From: Lama glama
Lineage: Eukaryota
DNA: 64,000 nucleotides
Assembly (NCBI GenBank): GCA_028534125.1
Contig: CM052816.1
Location: 70,744,001-70,808,000 of the forward strand
Direction: 5' to 3'
Shown here: positions 25,141 through 36,835 of the stretch, piece by piece
Position numbering within the stretch: the first letter of the stretch is position 1
Layout: every line of letters begins with the position of its first letter
Notes under the pieces: generated by a model
What the model was told of the DNA's origin: nothing
What the model saw: the letters and a program-made list of their open reading frames with translations, nothing else
The model's database searches: none
Position numbers and translations under genes: made by a program

Positions 25141-25239
25141 GAATTTATATAATTTTAATTCAGTTCTTAGCTATTTTAAATTTAATTTGTAGTACTTCTT
25201 TCATACCAAACAGTCTCCAAGTCTTTGTGAACACAGGGA

Positions 25240-26160
25240 AAAAAGGACATGCTTCTCTGTTATAAGGATTTCAAAGTCGAGTAGGAAAGACATTCTGAAA
25301 ATTAGTTTAAAGTGTCATGTGTGTAGTGTTAGAATTATGTTCCAGGTACAGTCTGGCACAAAGGAAGGAGTAATCAAATTTGAGGGGGTGATTTAAGGAG
25401 AATTTGGCAGAGCAAGGTATCTTGAGAGATCTAGATGTTAAAGAGCTTGAAGAAAGAGTTTGCCCAGAAGTCAGAAGGTGGTAGAGCACCCAAGGAGCAT
25501 GAAGAGCTTGGGCAGTGGCCTAGAGGTGTGAATGGCATGGCGCTGGAGAACTACAGGTATTTCTGCATGTCTAGAACACAAGGGGATTAGTACATAAAGA
25601 AGTTAGGGGAGTAGAAAAGAAAGATGTATCCATGAAGCCTTAAATTCAAGCATACATGGAGGACCGTCCTTATAGCAGAGAAGCATGTCCTATGTCATCC
25701 TGAGAAGTTTCAGCTTTCTACTGGAGGGAAGCCACTAAGAATTTTAAGTAGGGGAGTAACTTTTTTAGATTTGCTTTTCAGAAATTTCTCTTTGGTAGGA
25801 GAATAGAAGGATTCAATATCAGAGGCAGCAGCGTGGTTCAAAAAGTTGTTGCAATATTGTAGGCAAGAGAGATGAAGCCGTAAATTAAGGCAGTGGCAGA
25901 GAGGATGATGAGAAAGACTCCAAAAAAATGATTGGTGAATGGATGGTAATGGAATTAATGAAGGAAAGGTATTCTAAAGAGGAAATGCTTTGGCAAGAAA
26001 GGGTATGAATTCATTTGTTCCTTGAAGTTTTGGACTTGCTGAATTTAGGGGGTTTCTAGACCATCCAGGCTAAAGTGTCCATGAGGCAGCTGAATCCAGA
26101 AATATGGGTGTCAAGAGGGCTGTGTGAGGTGAAGATATAACTTGAGGTTCATCAGCTTTT
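25240..26160 (-). mobile_element. Decayed L2 LINE
   Basis: Purine-rich antisense L2 motifs (gggaagccactaagaattttaagtaggggagtaac, gcaatattgtaggcaagagagatga, ttttggacttgctgaattt). Confidence 0.6.
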
Positions 26161-29100
26161 AAGTGAAAATATAAATATTTTTCCAAAGTCTGCTTTGGGA
26201 CAGGATGCAAGGACAAGCAGGCCTAATGTCTTTTCAGTGATTTGTCATTTTTTCCCCCTAGGCTTTGAAGGAAAAGATTTATGCTTAAAGGAAACTAATT
26301 TCATCTCTCCTGCTTTAGGATATATAGGAAAGGAAGTTTTGAAGGAAGACAGTTATTGTAATAAATACTAGAGTAACCATAATAACTGCTAATCTTTTCT
26401 AGTTACGAGTTGGAAATTGAAGACAGTCGTGTGAATGTATATCTGAAGAATAGTGTATTTAAAAATAGTGGTAACTTGGGGACATTTTTAATGAAAACAG
26501 AATAAGATCCTTTGACACCTCACTCCCACCTCCAGTTCTGTTGTGTGGAAGTCATGCAGCCCCAAACTCTTCTCGTTTCATTTTTATGAAATCAAGTCTT
26601 TTCAGAGACAGAAATAAAAAATGAAGATGGGTACAGCCTTTCCAGCAGTGATTTACTGAGTTCCTACTCCGTTCCCAATATGGGTGTTGAGATTTACTCA
26701 TTCTCATAAATACTTCTCAAAATTCCTTAGACTGAGAAAACATTTTGCATCATTTCCCACCAGTTGTGCATTTTTTATCCTTCTGCCCCCAGTGTGGTAC
26801 TAACTATTCATTCTTATAAGCATACTTAACGTTTAGTACTTTCTCTTTCAGGGCCAAGTTCAGGTTGCTTGATTTTGTACTTATTTTACTTCAGTCCATA
26901 ATTACGGCACATAGCGCCACTATATCTTACGACGTTATTTGACTTCTCCTGCTAACAAACGTTATCCTCTAAGTGGTTTGCTTACTCTCCCAAATCTGTT
27001 TATCTTTTCCTTGTCTTTTTTTAGACTGAATCTGGTGTGACATCTAGTAATTTGTTGAGAGGCAACATCCTCGATGATGTATGAATTACAGTCTCAATCT
27101 GGATTCCCGGGAAAAGGAAGCGGAATGTTTTTTGAGAAGGGCCCTTGGCCCTGAAACCCCTCCCCTTGGCTAGTCCCAGAGGCTGGGACTGCTGGCCTCA
27201 GGGCCACAGAGGGACACCCATCTGTTTTCTCAGGCTCTGCTCTTGGAGGAGATGTGAAGGAAGCTCTGTGAAATCTCCAGGGACTGGCGAGGACTTTTGA
27301 GACATGTTTATAGTTTAGCTCTGCGAAGAATCACCCATGACTATTAAGATGAGACATTTTAGTCTATTTAAATATTCTTAGAGAATATTTTATTACTTCA
27401 GTAGTTAATTAAAAAAAAAAACCCTAATACAACAACATTCTTTTCCTTTTCTATGTTCATTCTATAATTAATCCATGAATTTTATGGAGACACATTCAAA
27501 ATAGTAAGGGCTGGGAATCACTTAGAAACACATATTTACATATATTCATATGTATCATTTTAATCTGTAATGACTTGAAAGTGGAATTTTAATATTAATG
27601 GCCATCATTATATTAATAAGTACTCAGTTTGTTGTATAACTTATAAACTTCTCTGTAATATTCCTTTATGATCGACTATTAAAAATAATGTATTTCTGCA
27701 TTAAATTCTTGAAAATATTTTAAAAATAATTACATTAATTTAATTTTTGTTTTATATTGTCCTGTACCACATCATAATCACATTTCTCACGTTTTCTGAT
27801 TTACTCTTATCAGTTTTGGAATCCATTACCTCACCGGATGGAGCTCAAATTAAGTTACTCTGCTATCTTGTGGTTGCAACTTGAAATAGCAAAAGCTATA
27901 TTCAAGAGTTAGACCTCAAGTTTAGCTATTGAGATAGGAAAAAAAAAAAATCAGATTGCTGAGAGTGGGCTAAGTCCCCTGAGAGGACCCTTGATCTTAA
28001 TCAAAATTTCAAGAGTTATCAAATCACTTTCCCTTAATGTCCAGGCAGACTCTGGGAAAGAAGTCAGTCGCACTGCAAAGCCACTAAAAATGGATCCAGG
28101 GACACATAGCAGCCCAGCAGTCACAGCTTAAATAATCCTTTAGTGGTGCTAAAGAATTAAAGCTCCTACTGCTTTTCTCCCAGAAACTCAGGCGCTGAGG
28201 ACTCAAACCAAATGCTTTTCTAATAGAGAAATTAACTTGCCTGCCAAATTTCCTTTTCCTTTTCACACTCAAGCCGGGGGTAGAGGCAACCTCTGTAGGT
28301 GCAGGCCTCCCAGGATGGAAGAACTCCAGCCGTGTGGATCTCTTCTAGCGCAGCTTGCTTTATTTTGGGTCCCAGTGATTCTGGGCAGGAAGAGAGGTGG
28401 GAATAGAAAAAGTACGACTTTCAGTGTTTCCAGAGGTCTGTAGTTCTACTGTTTCCCTTACCCCCATTCCTAAGCACTGTGAGTTCATTCCTGGGTTGAG
28501 AAAATGCAAGGGCTTGTGTGCACACTGTTGCTTTCGTCCCCCATGACAGGGGGCCTTGCAAAAGCACCAGAGGCCACTTCGGGTCACTTAAGGCAGCTTA
28601 CTTCTCATCTTATGAAGAAAGGACTGGCTTCTGTTTATACTATTCATTTCCCTCTTAATCCAAATATCTGAAAACTGTCTTTAAGAAGTCTCATTTTACA
28701 GAATTCTAAAGGATGTCCCAATAGTTAAGAAATAACTTTTAATTACAGTGTTAGCTGCAGAGTGGGTACTGGAACCAAGTCTTTCTGAGTTGAATTGAAT
28801 CTCTTCACTTCCTTAGATAAGTTGTGTTTGATCTATGTTGTTTATGCCTCAGCTTTAATTATTAAACCTTTATTCACTAAATCTCACTGTAGTGTAATCA
28901 GCGAATAGACACACATCTGCTCGGTCCTAACACCACCTTTGAAAAAACATCTTGTCCTTTATAAAGCCCTCTATTTCCTCTGGCAGATGCTGAAAGTATT
29001 AATGGTGTCTAAGAGGCTTCTGTCTTTTAATGAGTAGCAGGTGTGGTCAGAATGCTTTATTATTTATCACTTCCTCACCCAGGATATTGTTCTCTGCTTG

Positions 29101-30125
29101 TCAGACATTTATGCATTTCTCTATCAATGGCCTCTTTATTTCATATACAGTATCTCTGTGATTGAAATGAACGTTACACTTTACACTCAACCTTGACATT
29201 TGCCACCGCAGAGACTACCTTCACTTACTGTGGACAGTGGTGGGGGTCAGCTGGAGCAACTCTACTGATGCTTCCCAGATTTGGGGATTATTTGAAGTAA
29301 TGGGATGAGGTAGTGGGTGGAAGGGAGGGGCATGGAGGCTTCCTTCCTCCTGTGAGATGACTATTTTTTGATACAGTTTTCATTTCTGATTTTCACTGTG
29401 TGATTGGAAACCACAGTCTGATTGCTCCAGATGGATTGGAGCTGGTCCATTTTAGATTGCTGTGTTTGATGTTCTGCTATGAGATTAATGAGAAAAACAC
29501 CTTTTTGGATCCATGATAGTTTTTCTTCTTAAGGCTAAATCCAAATAACAGTAGGTACTAGAATTCATTAAATTGGTAATAGGATGAATTCTTTGATTGA
29601 GAATAAAGAGATTTTAAATTTTGCTATTGACTTTCCTGGAATTAACTTCTCTCTTACCCTCAGAGCTTCTTGAACTTATGTTTGATTTATTTAGATTTTC
29701 TCAGACCTCTGCTTGTCTGTTGGGATTTATGGCCATGTTTGCAGTTCCTGCTTTAATTTTTAAAAACATCTTGGTGCAGGATTTGAATGATGGCCATCTT
29801 ACTGTCTGAAGGAAAGGTGACAGTCTGGCGGTGACCGTCTTCTTAGACTTAGTTGGTTTATTGGTTCTTAACAGTGTCTCATTTCATTTGTCTTCCTTCT
29901 TATAGGACTCTTGTCCATGGAAAGCCAAGTAGACCGAGCAAGTAGGTGTTAGGTCTTGGATTTTCACTTCAGAAACCATCTGTAAGTCGGGAGATATTTA
30001 AAAAGTGAATTGAACCAGAGGACAAAAGATTAAAAAGTTAAAGATGAAAGGCTTCAGCATATTTTAAGCAGAGTTGTCAAGCTTTATAAGAAATTACTCC
30101 CATATAATGCCTATATGTATATATA

Positions 30126-30312
30126 GTTTTTTTATTGACGTATAATCAGTTTAAAATGTTGCATCAATTTCTGGTGTACAGCGTAATGTTCCAGTCATAC
30201 ATATACACACATATATTCCTTTTCATATTCTTTTTCATTATAGGTTACTGCAAGATATTGAATATAGTTCCCTGTGCTATACAGTAGAAACTTGTTGTTT
30301 ATCTATTTTATA
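30126..30312 (-). mobile_element. 5'-truncated young L1 3' end with perfect 13-bp TSD
   Basis: Antisense L1 3' UTR. TSD atatgtatatata at 30113-30125 and 30313-30325. Confidence 0.9.
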
Positions 30313-33300
30313 ATATGTATATATAATTATGATTTAAATGCTTATATGAATCTATCTAGATATTTTTAAACAGCTGAAATCATTTTAAGCTTTAGGAAGT
30401 CACGTTTGCATGCTCTCTGGCTTTCCAGAATCCTTGAGAATGAAGTTCAGGGCTGGTTCACTATGTGTTTCTGGGGTTGGTCCACTAAACATCCTCTCCT
30501 GGAGGTAAGCCAAGTTTTTATAGCCAAGATGGCTTTATGTGAAGGAAGTGGGAATTCAGCTGTAGTTCTCATTTCATGAATACTTCAAGAGAGCTTTCTA
30601 ATAGCTAAGAGTTGATAGAATTGGTCTCCTGTACTTTGTTCTGACCACTTTAGTTCAACTTTATAATTATTACGTACATATCTAACTTGTATTTAAGAAG
30701 GAAGATGTCTGTAGCAACTATTTGATGTGTAGGTGGTCATAAGCCTCCTTAAGCCTTCCTTTCCTAAAAGCAGGAAGACACCATTTGCCAAATATAAACA
30801 GAAGTGAGCACCAAGGGTGGGGGGTTGCTCTTGTAAGTAGGAACCCACAGTTTCAAACATTGCAAATTTAGCATCACTCAGCCAGAGCGAAAATAATTTG
30901 ATAAATACTTTTTTACATTATTTGAAGAAATGTTTATCCCCTCAGTCTAAAGTTCAATACCTATTTCTTGTTTTCTGGTTTATCTTTCAGTAAGAATCTG
31001 CAAAACACTTTAAACTTTGAAGTGTTCAGCATTTTTCCTTAATCTGAAGAGACCCCTATTTAAAAGTTTCAGAAGTTTAACACATAGTACACCAACATTT
31101 ATGGCCTTCATTCTTAACTGAAAGAATATAGTCCAGGATTTATCTGCCAGCAAAGGCACAGAAAGAAACTGGTTCAGTCTGTTTGAAACAGAGTAGAAAT
31201 ATTTTAATCTAAGGTGGACAAGAACTACTCACTGAATTCGGGAGTTTTGATATATATTTTTTCCTTACTTAGATTAGATGAAAGAAGTTATATGTTCAGA
31301 TCAAATTTAGGAGTTTTGTGAGAAGAGAGAAACTTGTTCAATGACACCCGCTTCCCAAAGAGAACAGTAAGATAGCAAAGGTAGTTTGGTACAAAGGTGC
31401 TAATAGCTAAAGAAATGTATACTCTGATTAGATGAGAGCAGTTGTTCTTCTTTATATTAAAAGTGCTTCCTTCACCAGTGGTTGTTCTCACTTTGAGGTA
31501 CAGTGCTTAGGTCTGGTAGATTATCTCCTTGAAATTGGCTCAGTTAATGTCGGGCTTTTCCTAGAGGGTAAGACTTTAGGATAGCAGCACACCCAGAAGA
31601 CCTGGAGCCTTGGAGACAGGGAGTCTCCAGTGATGTCTCAGTGGGTCCTTTCATGTGCATTTCTCCAGGTTTGACCTCCTCCTATCACTTCCCATTTGTA
31701 GAAGACAGACAAGTTAACTAACAAGGATGCATGCAACTAGGCAATGTCTTGTAACATATTAATCCTGGAGAACAAAGGTTTACCAATGAATGAAAATATG
31801 AATATTTAGGAAATGTTTCTTGGTAAAATGGAAGCAAGAACTATATAGTAGGAATCAAGAGATCCAGATCTGTCACTAACGTCTCCCTTGCTTTTTGGTT
31901 CAAACTTCCCTTATATAACAAAACATCTCAGTCATGTGATATTCTTGAGAACCACGTTAGTAGAAATCTCAGTGGTAGAAATCAGAATATAGGTTTTCCA
32001 AATGCAAAGTATATCCTGTGCCTGTGAATTAGAGAGGATGTGAGATATTTCCCACAGCCTTTGTATTTATTTTGAGAGGCACAAATCATAGCTATTTACT
32101 CCTAGAGGAGCCACCAAAAGCAGATATTTTGAGCAGAATATCAGCCCTGGGAAAAATTAGATGCTAGACAAAGTGTATTTTTATAAAACTCGTGCTTTCG
32201 CCATTTGCTCTCTCTCTGCTGGTAAGTAACCAGCAACTGACTGTTTTCTCCTTCAACTTCTTTTCAGCCAAGGGTCAACTGACCCTCACTTAAGTGTTAC
32301 CTGCAGAGGGGTTTTTACCCTGCCCGAGGATAACTGCCTTTGAGTAAGGAACTCCCGAACGTCAAAAAGTTCTGGCGTTAAAATGAAAGGAGTGAATTTA
32401 GAATGCTGGCAATTCAGTGCTTTCAAAGAGAAAGGATGATACTTCCTGAAGTGTTCTTCAAATCAGGGCATGTGTGTGGACACATATTTTATCTAGACTC
32501 TTCTCATCCTATGTGAGTTGTGAAGTCTCTTCCCTCTTTCCCTCCAGGCTGCCCCAAGCGCTGTCAGGATTACAGAGGCCGGGGGCATAGAGTTTAGATT
32601 TCTACTGGGAAGAAGAAGTTTCTTTCCTCAGAGGAAGGGCCCTGAAGAACACTTAAGAGAGATGTTGTATCTACTTTTACTTTTTATTCCAAAGTGTCAG
32701 GGCAATTGAGAATTTAGGGGAATTCTGTCTCTCCCCTGAGGTGAGCAAGAATCCATGGGTTTATGAATGTATATACCCTTTGTAAGTCTAGTCATGACCA
32801 CTCTCCACATACTGTTTCAAAGTATCCAACAGGCATCCTGTTGCTTTAGAGACTTTATCAAAATGGTGCTTTCCAGATTTGATACCATCTGCTTATATTT
32901 CATTTTATTCAATTGCTATTCTTAGTGGAAGGAGGTGATGGCAGAATTCAGGGGAAAGAAAGCCTCGTGGAATTTGACAGTAGCGAGAAGCAGTGGTGCG
33001 TTAATTTGGTCATTGTATGTATCCCAGCTTGGTGTCTCAATGTTAACAGTAGCTCCAGTGCTAAGTCACGCAAACAGATGTTGAAGATATAACCTCAGGG
33101 GTTCCTTCAGGCTGTGAAGACTGTTACACCTCCTGTACTTTGTTACTGATCCGTTCCTCCCTCCAGCGGCTAATTTATGCAGTACACACAATCTTCTGCT
33201 TATTGGTCAAGAAGGGCAGAATACACACAACTTCTAAGGCAAGCTTTCAACTTGCAGTGCTAGTCTCTGGATTTAACTCATTTCAGAAGTCATAAAATGG

Positions 33301-35193
33301 CAATTTAGGGGGTTATAACATGGAAATAGCATAGGGGTAAAACTATGTTCACATTGTATGAATAATTGGAGATTCAGTCACACATTTGGAATATGCAAGA
33401 ATGAAAGCTCACTTGAAAAATTGGGCTTATTTTTGAAAATATGAGAACATTTATTTTGGGATGGTATGTAGTGTTGCATGTATTTGGAGAAAGGAACCAT
33501 GTTTTGCTGAGCTGAGAACTCTGCCCTGATGTTTCAGTGTTTTTACTATAAAAAGATTAAACCATATTTAGATTAGTTTTTAAAATAATTTGAAAACTTT
33601 TATCAGGTATACTTTTTTTTTAACACTAAACTTACTCAAAAACCAGATCGTATTGCCTAAGACTTAGTGTGTGCAATTAGTATAATTCTTGCTTTCTATT
33701 TAATAAGAACATGTAGTCCTATTAGTTTCTTAATTAACTTAAATGCGTGTTTTACCTTATTCTTATCAGTTAAAATAAGGAAAGATATATATTCCCAATA
33801 ATAATATAAAAATAGATCAGAAAGCTCCATCCTTCTTGTCTGTGTAAGTAAAGGAAGAAAGTTCTCTTCAGTTCCCACAGATCTGAGAATTTATGTTAAA
33901 AGAGTGAGGGGTGGGGCCGGGGGTAAGGTAGCAGTTGTTTCCCACTTCTCACACAAAATAGAATCTGCACATTGTCAACAGGCTGGAAATGACCAAAAGA
34001 CAGTGATTAAGATAGATGGCTTTATCTGCACAATCTTATCTTTCCCAAGCCTAAGCAAGCTTTTAAAAATGGAAGTCTTTATTTAAGCTTAGCTCACTGC
34101 CATGATCTAAGAGCAGAGGCCTCCAAACCAGTAACCAACAACTGGGGTCCCTGAAGTGGATAACTTCTTACAGTAATGTCATTTTCTGTCTCTTGCATCT
34201 GCCAAGAAGTCTTTAGAGAAAACTTAACAAATATTCACTATGGAACAGTTCCAGAAAATGTAACTTTCTTTTTAAAAGAGATTTGACTATAATGAGCATC
34301 TCTTTCTGTCTCTGTTTCTCTTTGTTTCTCTCTGTCTTTGTTTCTCTCTCTGCATTTCATTGGTTTTACTAGAATTAGATGATACAGTAAAGTGAGCTCC
34401 ATAGCATGGAGGTTTGATAATTGCTTTTTATAAAATGAGTTTGCTAATAATGTATGTTTCTATTCATGAAATTTCGGGTTATGTTCTCATATGAACTTTG
34501 TGAACTTCTGTCATTTGAAGATGAATTGTACTTGTTCTTTCTGGAAGTTTTTCAGTCGCCTTTGACCAGTCAGAAGTAGTATTTTGACCTGATCCAGCAT
34601 TAGGTTGTTTTTTCAGCAAGAGACCAATTGTAACTCTGTACCCAATTGCCAAAAAAAAAAAAAAGAGAGAGAGAGAAATTAATCCTCTTTGTTTTGATTA
34701 AAAGAACTTGAAGATCATAATGACTATGACTAGTTTCAAATTTAGAGGTATTTCCCATTCACATATGACTGAGAATAATACAAAACAAGAGGGGATGGGA
34801 TATTTTAGCACAAGACTGGAAACCAGGAGGTCCACTCTATCAGAATAAATGACTAACCAGTGATGATGAGTCCAGCTAGGATTTCAGTTGTTCTCATCAA
34901 TTAAATTAAAAAAGTGACTTGTAGGAGCACCAAGTAACTTTCCTATTATAAAATTACATGACTCACTGAAAAATGCAAATGGCATGTTTGTGTTTTATGT
35001 TGCTATGAATATTAAATAAGATGGTTTACATAGAGCACCTAACATGGTGCCTGGCGCTTAGGAAGGATCAACAAATAGCAGTGATGTTTGTGATTATTTT
35101 TTGAATTAAATTTTCTTCAGCAGCCAGTCCTCATTTAAAACATGTTATTTTAACAGCAGCCACAAGATGGGAGTATTTGCCTTTACAGTTTAG

Positions 35194-35250
35194 TTTTTCT
35201 TTTTTCTTTTTCTTTTCTTTTTTTTTTTTTTCTTTTTCTTCTTTCTTTCC
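35194..35250. repeat. T/TC-rich low-complexity tract
   Basis: tttttcttttttctttttcttttc...ctttctttcc, read directly. Confidence 0.9.
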
Positions 35251-35640
35251 TAATTACACTGCTGAAGGAATTGGACATTTTGCTTTACCTACCTCCTTGT
35301 AGAACAAATAAGAAGTGATCATTTTCACCCAAAACCAGAGCAGTTTTACCACATATTGGTGTAACACATACTAGTTTTAATGCCGCTAAATGTTACACAT
35401 TTGGGGAAATTCATAGTCTATGTTTTCTTCTGAAAAATTCAAAATCCATTTTGATCCCCTTCTGTGTGGACATGATGCTTCTCTAGGTAACAGATTCCTC
35501 TTTAGTCTCCATATTTATGAGGATAAAAGTGAGAAAGAAATTATAGTTTAAAATTTGCACTTTGGCTGGTGAGCTACTGGGCATAATTTGAATAGTATAT
35601 GACCCAATCTAAGACTTGGGTTGACTTTTTAAATAACTAT

Positions 35641-35644
<4 letters not shown>

Positions 35645-35680
<36 letters not shown>
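35645..35680. repeat. (TG)18 microsatellite
   Basis: Perfect repeat, read directly. Confidence 0.95.
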
Positions 35681-35683
<3 letters not shown>

Positions 35684-36492
35684 TGAAGGTTAACTAGCTA
35701 GAAAATATAATCTTAAAGACTTGTGAAAGAGGAACTCTACTTAAAAGATTAAAGCTATTTAAAATCTATAAATGATCATCAAATGGGGGAAAGTGTGCTT
35801 TCGTATCATTGTGCATAATGGAATATTGGACTTACTCTGTTCAAGGAGGATTAACATGAGAGTGTTCGATTTTACTAAGAAGGAAAGGAACACACAGTCT
35901 TTGCTGCGTTATTTAAATAGACTCCTTATCTGTGGTGGATTCCTTTGCATTTGAAGGACCCACTTTGGTTCAGAGGGAAACCATTGCCAGTGAACTATGT
36001 GGAAGCCACGTGCATATATAGCATTATTGGATAGCAGATGTCCACGCTGGTGAAAAATGAGTTCAGCTTTTGTTTCTTGGAAAGGCTATTTGTATACATT
36101 GATCTGTATGGTACTAAAATAATGTGCATGTTTCACAATTAAGTTTATTTATAGACAACATTAAAGAAAATGGTTTTCATTAACAGGGGTATGCAAAATA
36201 GGGATATGTAAATGTCTGGATTGATATTTTCCCCTATTGAGAACCTAGGAACTCCATGTTGGTAGCTTTTCTCATATGTGTAAAATTCCACCGAATCTAT
36301 ATACAACTGAAGAAAAAAATACACCTTTGTTGAAGTATTGGGTATATAGGTGAGAATATTGTATATTTTATCTATAGCCCCACATTGTTCTCTTTTAATG
36401 GAGATGTATTATTCATATTCATTATTCTAAATTGGAAGACAGATTAATTTTGGAGAAGAAAAAATTGCTTTAACATGCTGATGAAGGCATAT

Positions 36493-36835
36493 TGATACTG
36501 CAAAAACATCTAATAAACAGAAGCCTCAACTAAATACAGTTGGGAAGCCAGAAAGGGAAACTTTCATGCCCTTTGATGATAGCAGAGCCCAGCAGGGAGA
36601 AGAAAGAATCCTCTCCTTTCCTGGCAAGGACTCAGCCAATGAAAAGCCACGGACTCTGTGTTTGCTGTAGCCCTCCCAACTTCCTTTTCCCAAAGCATTC
36701 TCCTTGCCTTGCTCTGCAGAGACTTGCACGTGGCTCACTATGTTTGCAGACCTCAAATTGCATTTCTCTGCTGACCCCAAATAAACCCATCTTTGTTGGA
36801 GAAATGCCTGGCGGTCTGTTTGTTTCAGGTCAACA
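36493..36835 (+). mobile_element. ERV solo LTR (probably ERV1 class)
   Basis: TG...CA termini (tgatactg...ggtcaaca), CCAAT box (cagccaatg), and AATAAA ~55 bp before the 3' end. The 5' boundary and TSD are uncertain. Confidence 0.65.

Noticed and set aside
25080..25260. Tail-to-tail L2 pair (also ~58660-58990), the geometry that produced miR-28/miR-151
   Set aside because: The arms are too diverged or too far apart to give a convincing pre-miRNA stem by eye; RNAfold plus small-RNA reads would be needed to revive it.
29306..29318. tgaggtagtgggt, resembling the let-7 5' end
   Set aside because: The match collapses after ~13 nt, and no complementary 3' arm follows.
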